This document shows positions 33,859-44,000 of a DNA stretch of 64,000 nucleotides, piece by piece. The DNA lies in assembly GCA_022827885.1 (NCBI GenBank), contig JAJEIP010000008.1:768-64767 (forward strand). The letters are read 5' to 3'. The notes beneath the pieces are model-generated. The model had not been told where the DNA came from. It did not search any database and saw nothing but the letters and a program-made list of their open reading frames with translations. This stretch comes from Candidatus Poribacteria bacterium (GTDB taxonomy: Bacteria; Poribacteria; WGA-4E; WGA-3G). Both the position numbers and the translations under genes were made by a program. The stretch's first letter is position 1; the number at the start of each line of letters is the position of its first letter.

Positions 33859-36411
33859 ATGAGATCAGATGAGATAACAGTTTCACGACAGGGCAACTTG
33901 GTCGTGATAAACCATACGCAATTTGAAATTAAGTTTAACCTTGCAAGAGGGACATGGGATTATATTGATGAGAACGGGGACACAATTATCCGAGAGGGTT
34001 GTACGCAGGTAACCCTTGACGATGGAAAGGTCGTCAAAACTGAGGACGCTGGGACTCGCGAATTTATCACAGAACTTCCGAAGACCGACGCTTTCGGGAG
34101 TTATCACCCAATTCGCTTCTCATACGAAGCGACAGGTAAGTGGATTCGGATAAACACCTATCTCAATTGTTATACCGAACACTCCGCAATACACGTTAAG
34201 GTGAGTATTGAGAACCTAAAGCCGAAACCCATTCGACTCAACAATGTAACTGTGCTTGGGGTTTCAGCCAACCGTAGTGGGGGTGTGTTCCTTGGGGGGC
34301 TTCCATCGGATTGCCATCTCTTTATTAACACGCCACCTGTCTCTCCCGGCATCAGTAGAAAACTCTATGAAGGGTTTCTACTGAGTGAGACCGACGCTAT
34401 GCATCCGAGCAATGATGGCCTCCTTTGCGATACAAAAGGCGGGAAAGCACTTGTCTTCGGATTCCTGACGGCTGAGAAATGGTGGCCCCGAATTCAAGTG
34501 GGCTGCCATAAAAACAGTGGGCGTGGCTCACGCGGGCAAGGTAAGCGGTCATCCGCGTCGGGTGTCAATCCGTGGGCACTTTATCATGAGTGTCGGCAAA
34601 CGTGTGATCCGGGGGAAAAGATCACCTCCGAAACTGCTTACATCAATTTTACAGATACAGCATCTGCAGCCTATGAACATTATATTTCGCTGATAGCCGC
34701 GCAAAACAGCGCACACGAGAGCGAACGTATTCAAAATCAAACGTCCCGCGAATCCGGCACCCCGGCGACTGTGTGGACGCTTTCGGATACAGAAGGATCA
34801 ATTGATGCCAGTGCTATCTTAACCCAAGTGGATGCTCTTGCCGAGAGTCCGATGTTTCAGCCGAACTTTCCCGGCGGCATTGATTCTGTTCAATTGAATG
34901 CAGTCTCGGAATCAGAAGTGGGGATTTTTTCGAAAGGTTCAGATGCCGCAGTATCCCAAAATCGTGAGGAAATAAAAGCGGTTGTCCGTCAGATTCGAGC
35001 GAAGGGTTTCAAAGCGGGGCTCCGGTTCAATCCGTTCTGTGCAGCACTGGATTCGAGGCTTGTTCAAAACCATCCGGATTATTGTATACAAGAGAAAACT
35101 GCCGCCCGAGGTGGCAGAAAATATTCACGGCATCATTCTACGCGTAAAGGCTACAAACCTGCCTCTGTTCATCTACCAGAGAGTGGTAAAGAGGTCGCGC
35201 TTTTGGATGTTTCGCATCCACAGGTGCAGTCACGTATTCGTGAACAGATGAAACAGGTCGTAGGCGAATGTGGATATTCCTTCATCCACGCCGATTTTAC
35301 AGCTTATACGCTGGGGCTCACGAACGCTTCACATAACTTGCACTGGCATGATAGCAGCCTGACCTCAGTCCAACTTTATCGTCTCGCTGGAAAATTACTC
35401 AGAGAGGCGATTGATGAAGGACAGTCAGAAAACGGGCGCCTCAAGGATGATGTGCTGCTGGCAGGATACAATACGGTCCCAGGTCCGTGCATCGGTAGTA
35501 TTGATGTTAATACGCCACTCCTCAGCCCTTCCCCTTCTGCTATCGGCCGGACTTCCAACCGTCCAAGTGACTCATGGCACCATCAACGTGGGACGAAGCA
35601 TCGCCTGAGTCGGTATGCAGCGCATCTCGCGGAACATAACGTTCTCTGGGGACATATTTTCGGTGAGATTGCTGTTGATGAACCCCGTCCGGTTAACGAA
35701 GTAATTGTAGAAATGACAGCAGCTGCGTTGAGCGGTGGGACAGTCTTGTGCGCAGACCCATCTCTGACACTGCGTACCTCGCGTGCGAGTTACTTAGCAA
35801 AAATCTTTCCACTCATAGGCGAGGCGGCTACACCTATAGACCTTTACGATGAACCGTTTCCCAAGATATGGTGCCTACCCGTGTCAACACCGCGCGAATC
35901 CTGGTATCTCACCGCAGTTTTCAACTGGGACGACCATGAAGATGACGCTTATTTTGAATTGGAGGCACTTGGGTTACCCAAATCTAAGGATTTCCTCGTC
36001 CATGACTTCTGGATACGCCAGTATCTTGGAAAGGTTTCGGACAGTGTAACCTTGTTAAACATTCCACCCCGTTCTGCGAAACTGCTCTGCTTCCGTGAAG
36101 AACAGGATGTGCCACAATTCCTCGCTACGGATATGCACTATACACAGGGTGGTGTTGAGATTCTGTCTGCGGGTTGGGATAGACACAGCCAGACTTACAT
36201 GATCGTCTGCAAACCGCTTCGACAAACCGAAGGCACCTGCTTTATTCATGTGCCGGAAGGTTACCTACCCGTAAGTGTGGCAACCTATGGTAGCGATTAT
36301 CAGTATAATTGGGACAAACCGATTTATAAACTAACGTTTACGGGAACGCAGCCGGATCAGCTGGTGCATGCCAGTGTTCACTTCGCGAAAACTTCGGGAG
36401 GCAACTTGTAG
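33859..36411 (+). CDS. Glycoside hydrolase-like protein (GH36 alpha-galactosidase-like)
   Basis: 850 aa. The central segment GFKAGLRFNPFCAALDSRLVQNHPDYCI...ALLDVSHPQVQSRIREQMKQVV..GYSFIHADF follows the GH36/GH27 (beta/alpha)8 motif order. Confidence 0.45.
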   Translation: MRSDEITVSRQGNLVVINHTQFEIKFNLARGTWDYIDENGDTIIREGCTQVTLDDGKVVKTEDAGTREFITELPKTDAFGSYHPIRFSYEATGKWIRINTYLNCYTEHSAIHVKVSIENLKPKPIRLNNVTVLGVSANRSGGVFLGGLPSDCHLFINTPPVSPGISRKLYEGFLLSETDAMHPSNDGLLCDTKGGKALVFGFLTAEKWWPRIQVGCHKNSGRGSRGQGKRSSASGVNPWALYHECRQTCDPGEKITSETAYINFTDTASAAYEHYISLIAAQNSAHESERIQNQTSRESGTPATVWTLSDTEGSIDASAILTQVDALAESPMFQPNFPGGIDSVQLNAVSESEVGIFSKGSDAAVSQNREEIKAVVRQIRAKGFKAGLRFNPFCAALDSRLVQNHPDYCIQEKTAARGGRKYSRHHSTRKGYKPASVHLPESGKEVALLDVSHPQVQSRIREQMKQVVGECGYSFIHADFTAYTLGLTNASHNLHWHDSSLTSVQLYRLAGKLLREAIDEGQSENGRLKDDVLLAGYNTVPGPCIGSIDVNTPLLSPSPSAIGRTSNRPSDSWHHQRGTKHRLSRYAAHLAEHNVLWGHIFGEIAVDEPRPVNEVIVEMTAAALSGGTVLCADPSLTLRTSRASYLAKIFPLIGEAATPIDLYDEPFPKIWCLPVSTPRESWYLTAVFNWDDHEDDAYFELEALGLPKSKDFLVHDFWIRQYLGKVSDSVTLLNIPPRSAKLLCFREEQDVPQFLATDMHYTQGGVEILSAGWDRHSQTYMIVCKPLRQTEGTCFIHVPEGYLPVSVATYGSDYQYNWDKPIYKLTFTGTQPDQLVHASVHFAKTSGGNL

Positions 36412-36496
36412 TTTTAGTCTCGCTCGTCACCAACCCGCGTAGATCCGGAGGCAACTTATAGTTTTAATCTCACTCGTCACCAATCCCGGTCGGTGC
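36397..36496 (+). repeat. 50-bp tandem duplication spanning the 3' end of the GH36-like gene
   Basis: Unit 1 at 36397-36446 and unit 2 at 36447-36496. The first 37 nt differ at 3 positions (GGAGGCAACTTGTAGTTTTAGTCTCGCTCGTCACCAA vs ...TTATAGTTTTAATCTCACTCGTCACCAA). Confidence 0.8.
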
Positions 36497-36515
36497 GGTT
36501 TCTAACCGCACCGAG
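36489..36515 (+). repeat. REP-like hairpin (GTCGGTGCGGTTTCTAACCGCACCGAG)
   Basis: Same stem as 27607-27635 with loop TCT. The prefix is GTCG instead of GTAG. Confidence 0.65.
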
Positions 36516-36566
36516 TCAAAAAGAAGAATCCCTTTGACTATGAGATAATCTGTAGAGATGTGAAAC

Positions 36567-37199
36567 ATGAATAGTGTTCAGACACAGATGCAAGCCCTCA
36601 AAACGCGGGCAAGCGTTTGTACAGCATGCGACCTGGCGAAAACCCGTGCGAATGTTGTTTTCGGTAGCGGGGATGCCACAGCAAAGTTAGCGATTGTTGC
36701 GGAGGGACCCTCTGCTGCTGATAATCGGACAGCCCTGCCATTTTCGGGGCCTGCTGGGGATATGCTGGATGATGTTTTGGCAGTAAATGGGTTGACGCGT
36801 AGCGATATCTGGCTCACGAACATCATTAAATGTCGTGCCGCGAGTCGTAAAGGGGATGTGTTAAAGAACCGTCCACCGAAGGCATCAGAGATTAAGGCGT
36901 GTTCCAAATGGCTGGATGGTGAACTGACTGTGATGCAACCGTCAGTCGTTCTCTGTATGGGCGCGCCTGCCGCGAAAGTGCTTATTCATCGTAGTTTCCG
37001 CATTACAGAGGAACGGGGGGTCTGGTTTACGGATACCACGTATGCTCCCTTCGCAATGGCGACGTTTAACCCTGCGTATGTCCTACGACAGGAGGGTGAG
37101 AATTTTACGGCACTCCGACAAGTCGTTATTGACGATATCGCCGAGGCGGTGCGAAAGGTACAAGAGGCGGTCGAAATTCCACAGTTGACTCTTTTTTAA
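36567..37199 (+). CDS. udg: Uracil-DNA glycosylase, family 4
   Basis: CTACDLAKTRANVVFGSGDATAKLAIVAEGPSAADNRTALPFSGPAGDMLD matches family-4 UDG motifs A/B, and FNPAY lies near the C-terminus. Confidence 0.85.
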   Translation: MNSVQTQMQALKTRASVCTACDLAKTRANVVFGSGDATAKLAIVAEGPSAADNRTALPFSGPAGDMLDDVLAVNGLTRSDIWLTNIIKCRAASRKGDVLKNRPPKASEIKACSKWLDGELTVMQPSVVLCMGAPAAKVLIHRSFRITEERGVWFTDTTYAPFAMATFNPAYVLRQEGENFTALRQVVIDDIAEAVRKVQEAVEIPQLTLF

Positions 37200-37219
37200 T
37201 TAAGCGGACGACTAAAGCA

Positions 37220-37234
37220 GGAGGAATATCCTCC
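37220..37234. terminator. Short hairpin between convergent genes
   Basis: GGAGGA-ATA-TCCTCC, immediately followed by a REP-like hairpin. Located between the udg stop and the LamG stop. Confidence 0.4.
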
Positions 37235-37258
37235 AGGCGCGCCTCGGAGCGCGCCTAT
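37235..37258 (-). repeat. REP-like hairpin (ATAGGCGCGCTCCGAGGCGCGCCT)
   Basis: 8-bp GC stem with loop TCCGAG, between convergent genes. It probably also acts as a terminator. Confidence 0.6.
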
Positions 37259-37281
37259 CGGAGAGTATCTATCGTTTCTGC

Positions 37282-38070
37282 CTATCTGCTGTGTGTCCGT
37301 CCTAACTTAAGGTCCCCCCAATTTGTTGTAAGTTTACCCGCCGGTTCGACGGCAAGCGTGGCTTCTAATCCGTTTTCCATAAGCATCTGAATGTCTTCTG
37401 CCTCCAGGGCGACATCGAAGAGTAGCATTTCATCGAACAGACCCTCCCACTCTCTGCCGCCACCGCTCCATGAACCGATCCGTCCGGGTCCAAATTCCCC
37501 GGCCAAGGGTCCCCAATCCCCCTCTGCATCAAGTTCACCATCGAAATAGACGCGAACGAATTTATTGGGCCTGCTATAAGCCACTGCGAGATGGAACCAT
37601 TTATCCAAGATGTCTTTGTCCGCCGTGAAATCTGAATCGGGCCAACCGGGGTGTCGCACTGGGTTGTTAGAATGGATAGCCATTTCCATCTTGTTGTCTG
37701 GGCGGAATTGATAGTGGACGTATCCCGGAGCCCAGCCATCACGGTTGAAGAAGCATCTCCAGAGTCCGACCCTGCCTGTTGAGTTGAACCATTTCATGAG
37801 TGTGAAATCATCAAGCGGTCCAATCGCTGGGACGGTGACCCAAGCGTCCTTACCATTGAGTTCAATGGCGTTGCCGAATTTACCCTTCACCCATTTAGCA
37901 CCCCCCACAAGGTCGCCGTCGTTGCCATTGTCGGATGAATCTTTGGCGACTTTTCCACCTGTTTCATCAAACAACCACGCACCCACAATAGATCCCGGAT
38001 CGATTTCAGCGTTGCAGAGGTGTGCGAACATGAAACCGACGATGATTAAGCTGATTGTCAAGCGAGCCAT
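37282..38070 (-). CDS. Secreted LamG/concanavalin-A-like lectin domain protein
   Basis: Signal peptide. LamG pattern (NAIELNGKDAWVTVP...FTLMKWF...WFHLAVAY...DEMLLFDVAL). The C-terminal tail is GKLTTNWGDLK. Confidence 0.6.
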   Translation of the reverse strand: MARLTISLIIVGFMFAHLCNAEIDPGSIVGAWLFDETGGKVAKDSSDNGNDGDLVGGAKWVKGKFGNAIELNGKDAWVTVPAIGPLDDFTLMKWFNSTGRVGLWRCFFNRDGWAPGYVHYQFRPDNKMEMAIHSNNPVRHPGWPDSDFTADKDILDKWFHLAVAYSRPNKFVRVYFDGELDAEGDWGPLAGEFGPGRIGSWSGGGREWEGLFDEMLLFDVALEAEDIQMLMENGLEATLAVEPAGKLTTNWGDLKLGRTHSR

Positions 38071-38193
38071 CGCAATTCTCCTTTGTTCATGTGTTTATGG
38101 ATTAGATTTTATCACGAATCGTCAGAAAATTGAATATAATTTTGTTTATGTTCACTAAGAAGGCAGCGAATAGAATGAGCGGTTTGATGCCGA

Positions 38194-38229
38194 GGTAGGA
38201 TAGGTAACGAACGGGTTACCTATCCTACC
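38194..38229. repeat. Perfect 15-bp-stem palindrome GGTAGGATAGGTAAC-GAACGG-GTTACCTATCCTACC
   Basis: GTAGG reads on both strands. Located upstream of promoter P1. Confidence 0.7.
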
Positions 38230-38284
38230 ATTTTCTATCAATTCAAATTTGTCATGTTCTGTGTATAGAAATTGAAAAAATTGG

Positions 38285-38313
38285 TTGACAAACATTTGAA
38301 GATATGTTATAAT
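38285..38313 (+). promoter_or_regulatory. Consensus sigma70-type promoter P1 (TTGACA-17-TATAAT)
   Basis: TTGACA at 38285-38290, an exactly 17-nt spacer, and TATAAT at 38308-38313. It faces the respiratory cluster. Confidence 0.6.
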
Positions 38314-38437
38314 ATTTAACGCTCATTTCGCAAAAGTGCTATGGCTTCAACTGAGCGCGATTTTAAGCGAACTCGTCTGGAATGGATGCATCTGTCCTGT
38401 TTATGCAGCGCAGACGTTTGAATGCGAAAAGATTTTG

Positions 38438-38466
38438 GTGACATTTATTTCAAATTAGGTTATAAT
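38438..38466 (+). promoter_or_regulatory. Near-consensus sigma70-type promoter P2 (GTGACA-17-TATAAT)
   Basis: GTGACA at 38438-38443, a 17-nt spacer, and TATAAT at 38461-38466, about 75 nt upstream of the Rieske gene start. Confidence 0.55.
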
Positions 38467-38539
38467 CTTTTGCGGTTTACCTTACAGTTAATTCGGGGGT
38501 GTTGCGCGTAAGCGTTACCCTACAAGATCGGGGGTATAA

Positions 38540-39028
38540 GTGGTATCTCGACGTAAGTTTTTTAAATTTCTCGGCTGGGGGAATTTCGTTGCAGCATTGG
38601 GCTTGACCTTCGGCCCGGGATTGGTTCGGTATTTATATCCACGCGTGCTGTTTGAACCCTCCTCTGTTTTTAAAGCAGGATTTCCAGCAGAATATCCACC
38701 GGGCAGTGTTAGTGAAAAGTTCAAAAAAGAGCCGTTTGGTGTTTGGATTGTCCGAAAGCAAGACGGTGAATTCTACGCGCTCTTAACGATTTGCACACAC
38801 CTCGGATGCACGCCGCGCTGGCTCGGTTCAGAAAACAAATTCAAGTGCCCCTGTCACGGTAGCGGTTTCGACCGGGAAGGCATAAACTACGAAGGTCCAG
38901 CGCCGCGACCGCTCGAACGTGTTAAAATTACATTGGCAGAAGATGGTCAGATCGAAATCGACAAGGCTGTGAAGTTTTTAGGTGAAAAGGGGCAGTGGAC
39001 CGACCCAGGCTCCTTTTTGAAGGTTTGA
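38540..39028 (+). CDS. Rieske [2Fe-2S] subunit of a cytochrome bc/b6f-type complex
   Basis: Tat-like SRRKFFKFLG. Contains CTHLGC and CPCHGS Rieske boxes. Confidence 0.9.
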   Translation: MVSRRKFFKFLGWGNFVAALGLTFGPGLVRYLYPRVLFEPSSVFKAGFPAEYPPGSVSEKFKKEPFGVWIVRKQDGEFYALLTICTHLGCTPRWLGSENKFKCPCHGSGFDREGINYEGPAPRPLERVKITLAEDGQIEIDKAVKFLGEKGQWTDPGSFLKV

Positions 39029-39111
39029 AGAAAGGAGAGCATTTGTGCCTGGCACTCGTCAGGTAGAAAAGGCGTTTCGGCGTTATACGGTGCCTAACTC
39101 CAAAGCCCATA

Positions 39112-39918
39112 TTGTTAACGTCCACGTCGAAACTTGCTAACAAACGTATGAACGAAGAACGTAAAGGGCTCAAAGAAAAGATTACGAATTCCGACATTTG
39201 GCGCTCTATATTCCGCCACGGGTATGAAGACACCGGGCGCCGTTATACCTTACAGGTCCTCCAAAACGTCTGGCTGCATCTCCATCCTCCCCGGATTTCT
39301 CGGCACGCGCTGAACTTCCGGTTCACATGGTGCATGGGCGGTATCACTTTCCTTATGTTTCTCGTGACAGCCGTCACCGGCGTTCTCCTGATGTTCTATT
39401 ACCGACCCACAGCTGAATACGCTTTCCACGATGTCCAGTACCTTGAATTTGACATTCCGTTCGGGATGCTCTTGCGGAACATGCACCGCTGGGCGGCACA
39501 CGGGATGGTTATTTCTGTGATGCTCCACATGTTCAGGGTTTTCTTGACCGGTTCCTATAAGAAGCCTCGAGAATTCAACTGGGCAGTCGGGGTCATCTTG
39601 TTACTCGTGACATTTTTCCTGAGTTTCACGGGGTATCTATTGCCGTGGGATCAATTGGCGTTTTGGGCGGTGACGGTCGGGACGAACATGGCACGTGCAA
39701 CACCGGTTTTGGGGCATGAGGGTCCATTTGCCCCGCAAGACATCACACAATCCAACGATGTCCGATTCGCACTGCTGGCGGGCACCATCGTAGGTCCCTC
39801 CACGTTATTGAGGTTCTATATTTTACACTGCGTTGCGGTGCCGCTGTTGGCAAGCGTCTTGATGGCTTTGCATTTCTGGCGTGTCCGTAAAGACGGTGGT
39901 ATCTCTGGACCTCTATAG
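39112..39918 (+). CDS. Cytochrome b (b6-like, N-terminal four-helix haem-binding subunit)
   Basis: GVLLMFYY, LLRNMHRWAAHGMVISVMLHMFRVF and FFLSFTGYLLPWDQLAFWA. The two His pairs on helices B and D are present. The start codon is uncertain. Confidence 0.9.
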   Translation: MLTSTSKLANKRMNEERKGLKEKITNSDIWRSIFRHGYEDTGRRYTLQVLQNVWLHLHPPRISRHALNFRFTWCMGGITFLMFLVTAVTGVLLMFYYRPTAEYAFHDVQYLEFDIPFGMLLRNMHRWAAHGMVISVMLHMFRVFLTGSYKKPREFNWAVGVILLLVTFFLSFTGYLLPWDQLAFWAVTVGTNMARATPVLGHEGPFAPQDITQSNDVRFALLAGTIVGPSTLLRFYILHCVAVPLLASVLMALHFWRVRKDGGISGPL

Positions 39919-40041
39919 AGTAGGGTAGGCGCGAGTCTTTTGTATAGGTCGGATCAGCACGAGCGAGGAATCTAATCTTCGGCGGAAGCACGCCAGCACG
40001 GTGATCGTGATCGCGTGACTTCCCAAAAGGAGCAGAAGAAT

Positions 40042-40908
40042 ATGGAGCATTTTATAGCACTGGTGACGAAGCCGGATAATGTCCCCATTGTTGCTATTCT
40101 CTTTTTGATACCTTATTTCATCTATCTTTCATACCGGCAGGCACGCCAGACGGATAAAACGGGTGTCCCTTCGGATGCCGCGCTTAATGATAAGGTTTAC
40201 GTGTGGCCGTATCTGTGCCGGAATGAGTTTATCTGTGCTATTATCGTGATGCTCGTGCTCGGGGTATGGTCAATTATGATTGATGCCCCGCTTGAGGAAC
40301 CCAGCGACCCGACGAAGACACCGAACCCTTCTAAAGCGCCTTGGTATTTCCTCGCACTGCAGGAGATGCTCGTCTACTTCGATCCGTGGATTGCAGGTGT
40401 CGTACTCCCAGGGTTGATCATTGCCGGTTTGATTGCGATCCCCTACATTGACATTAATCCCAAGGGTAAGGGGTATTACACAATAAAAGAACGTCCCTTC
40501 GCGCTTGCAGTCTTCTCCTTCGGATTTATCATTTTATGGATAGTGTTGATGGTGGTTGGGACATTCCTGAGAGGTCCCGGGTGGAACTTCTTCGCGCCTT
40601 GGGAAGCGTGGGATCCACATCTTGTCGTTCCGCTGACAAATGTGAATTTGTCATATCTTTTCGGCATCCGCGACGCCGATACTGCGAACTTTTTCGGGTT
40701 CGTGGTGGTTGCAGGCTATTTCGCAATCGGTCCCGTTTTCTACTTATGGAAGCATAAAAGTAGTCGTTTCTTACAGGAACTCGGTCTTGTTCGATATATC
40801 ATTGTCTCATTTCTGTTCTTAACGATGCTCGCATTGCCGATAAAGATGATTCTGCGCGTCGTTTTAAATGTAAAATACATCTGGGTATCTCCGTGGTTCA
40901 ACATTTAA
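40042..40908 (+). CDS. Cytochrome b C-terminal / subunit IV-like membrane subunit (extended)
   Basis: The KAPWYFLALQEML motif (PEWYFL equivalent) plus extra C-terminal TM helices. ATG 40042 is preceded by AAAAGGAG. Confidence 0.7.
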   Translation: MEHFIALVTKPDNVPIVAILFLIPYFIYLSYRQARQTDKTGVPSDAALNDKVYVWPYLCRNEFICAIIVMLVLGVWSIMIDAPLEEPSDPTKTPNPSKAPWYFLALQEMLVYFDPWIAGVVLPGLIIAGLIAIPYIDINPKGKGYYTIKERPFALAVFSFGFIILWIVLMVVGTFLRGPGWNFFAPWEAWDPHLVVPLTNVNLSYLFGIRDADTANFFGFVVVAGYFAIGPVFYLWKHKSSRFLQELGLVRYIIVSFLFLTMLALPIKMILRVVLNVKYIWVSPWFNI

Positions 40909-40947
40909 GACATTTAAGAATAGTAATCGGAAGGCAGGAGGCAAAAC

Positions 40948-41092
40948 CCGTAGTTCGTAATGAAATTATGCCTTAAATGGCATAATTTGTCTTAGCTTTA
41001 CATTTGGAGAGCAGATCTACGGGGAGGCACTTGAAAGTTTCCAATCCACCTGACCGAACCGTAAGGAAAATTAGAAAAAGGGAGAAAATTTC
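40948..41092 (+). repeat. Long-form leader cassette copy 2
   Basis: Left module 40948-41013, near-identical to copy 1, with hairpin 40963-40972/40979-40988. Middle CTACGGGGAGGCAC...CCACCTGACCGAA. Right module CCGTAAGGAAAATTAGAAAAA at 41059-41079. GTG at 41093. Confidence 0.8.
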
Positions 41093-44000
41093 GTGAGGAG
41101 CAAAAAGGAAATTCCTGCTGAGAGTAAGTCGTATTCTGCTTTGTTCTTTATTCTATCCGGATTGTTGGGATTGGTGACGATATGGGGATTCTGGAGTGAG
41201 ATGATTACTCGGCGCCCATGGAAGCAGATCCAGCAGCAATTTTATCAATATGAGTATGAAAAGACACACGCGGAATTAGAGAACGCAAAATTGGCGTTGC
41301 CTGAACTTCCTACACCTCAAGAGCCGGATGCCAAGGCACTCGCACAGTTAACGAAGGAGGTCAGGAACGCTCAAGTCGCCTTGGATGAAGCACTGCAGGA
41401 ACGCAAATTCCGACAGAGCGAGTCGGATGCTATTAACTATAAATATCAGCACAGCCTCCACGAAGCGAAGGGGAGACACAATGAGACTGTTGACAAATGG
41501 CAGAAGAAGTTAGCAGATTTCGAGTCCCAAATTGAAGGCGAACTCACCGAAGCCGTTTTGGGAGCGGAAGCCACCTTTGCAAGCGCGAACGTAGCTCTGG
41601 CGCAGTTTTATCAAGCCAATGGGGACGCACAAAGTGCCCTGAGTACCTACCTCATCGCCCAGAAATATAGTCCTACAGATACAGAAATCACTACAGGGAT
41701 CACCGCCGCACAAGCCTCTCTTGCGTCACTGCAAGCCGACAAAGCAAAACACGACGAAGTTGCGCTTCTTGAAGAGAAACTACATTCCGTCGGGGGTATC
41801 AAGCGGACCTTCTTGGGGAGTCTGTTAGAGAACCCTTTCCGTGAAACACGCACCATCGTTCAATACTATCTTGAAGACTTCAATCATACCGCAGACAGGT
41901 GTGCTACCTGCCATTTCTCCGCCGATAGAAGCGGTTACGATCAATCCGCGCAAGAGATATTTGAAGTGGAAGGGGATGGCGAGAATCCTGTTGTGCAGCG
42001 TCTCAAGCACGCAAGCATCAAGGTCGGTAGTGAAAATGTTATAATTGATGGATTTGAAGCGGAAGCCGATGAATATACATTGGAGGAAAACGGGACACTT
42101 ACCTTCAGTGACGTGGATGTCTTCGGTGAAGTTGAAATCTCTTATGAGACCGGCTATCGTTCCGTCCTTCAAACGCATCCGCACCGCGATGTCCTGCTCG
42201 ACAAACACCCTGTTGATAGATTTGGATGCACCCCGTGCCACGGTGGGCAGGCACAGGCACTCACAGCGAAATCCGCCCACGCCTTGACACATGCTGAATA
42301 CTGGCTCACGCCTGTCCTCGGATTAGATGAGCATACCGGTAGAACGTCCGAAGAGACGAAAGGCTATATGGAATCTAACTGCCGCCGCTTCCACGACGGC
42401 GTGATGATGTTAGATTACGGTGTGAATCCTGAAACAGATGAACCGCAGGACTATGCCCCGAATTTGACGAAGGGATTGGCACTCTTTGAAGACCTCGGAT
42501 GTCACGGATGCCACGCTGTTGAAGGGTATAGCGCAATCGATAATATCGCCAAAGTGGGTCCATCACTTGCGAAAATCGGCAGTAAGGTGAAAGATACGGC
42601 ATGGCTTGAAAGTTGGATTAAGAAACCCGAAGCCTATCTCGCAAATACGACAATGCCGAATTTCTTCCCTGCTGATGGCATGACGCAGCTTGTCTATCTC
42701 AAGAACGGCGGGCAGCGCACTGGCGTTGTTACCAAAACCGCCACTGGCATTGTCATTAAAACAGACGATGGCACGGAATATCCCTATCCCGACAGTTATG
42801 TCCTTCGCATTGTTGATGAGGTGAAATCTATCTCGGCTTACCTCGCCGCGATGAACGATGCCGATTTGGACGCATCCAGTTCTAATTATTCCACATCCGA
42901 AAGGGCTATTAAGGCAGGCGAGGAGACCGTCAAAACCGTTGGCTGCCTCACGTGTCATGCTGTTGACGGTTTAGGAAGTGATTTTGCCCCGGCACTCGAC
43001 AGTGTTGGTGCAAAAGTTACAGCGAATTATCTCCGCCAGTGGATTGAGGATCCAAAAGCTTATGACCCGGATACAAGTATGCCGAGTTTGCGATTAAGTG
43101 CCGGCGAACTTGACAACGTCGTTTCCTATCTGATGAGTCTGCAGCAAGCAACAACAGACGTGGCTACGGACTCCATCGGTGAGGTAGATGTCGCTGAAGG
43201 TGAAGCACTCGTCAGGACTTACGGATGTTTCGGGTGTCACGAGATTCCCGGTTTTGAAGATGAGTCAAAGGTCGGTGCGGATCTCGGCGAGTTCGGCGCG
43301 AAATTGGCTGATGAACTTGACTTTGGTGATACAGTTGACGTTGAACACAATTGGACGGGATGGACGGTCGGTAAAGTTACCAATCCACGACGTTATCAAA
43401 CGCGACGGATTGCTTCTCGGATGCCGGTCTTCCAGATTAATGATGAAGACGCGAGAGCGATCGCCGTGCTCTTGAAGAGTTTCCAACCCGAGCAGTATCC
43501 GCTGAGTTATATCCATAACCGATCCGAGAAATTGAACGACATTGATGCGGGTAGACGATTGGTGAAAAAGTATAACTGCACGGGATGCCACGAGATTGAA
43601 GGCGCCGGCGGCGATTATCAGGAGGTTATCATCGCACACGAAGGGTTGAGTGAGATGGTTGCCAAACAAGTTGCACCGCCACCCTTGAAAGCGGAAGGCG
43701 CGAGAGTGTATCCAGACTGGTTATTTACGTTCCTCAAAGAACCTTCAGACATCCGATACGGACTCAAGGTCCGGATGCCGACGTTCGAGTTATCTGATGA
43801 CGAAGCGACAACGCTGGTTAAATACTTCTCCGCGCTTGACGATGAGCCGTTCCCTTATGAAACACTTGAAACGCCAACACCGACGCGTGCTGAATTGCGA
43901 GTGGGTAAGCAGATTTTTGACACACTTCAGTGTATCTCCTGTCATCCAGCGAAAGGTGAAGCGATTCCTGAAGGGAGCGACAAGGCAGGACGACCCGATC

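Noticed and set aside
38341-38421. 26-codon ORF (MASTERDFKRTRLEWMHLSCLCSADV) between the two promoters as a leader peptide gene.
   Set aside because: It is not reported as a feature. There is no Shine-Dalgarno sequence and no conservation information, so it is retained only as a note inside the promoter finding.
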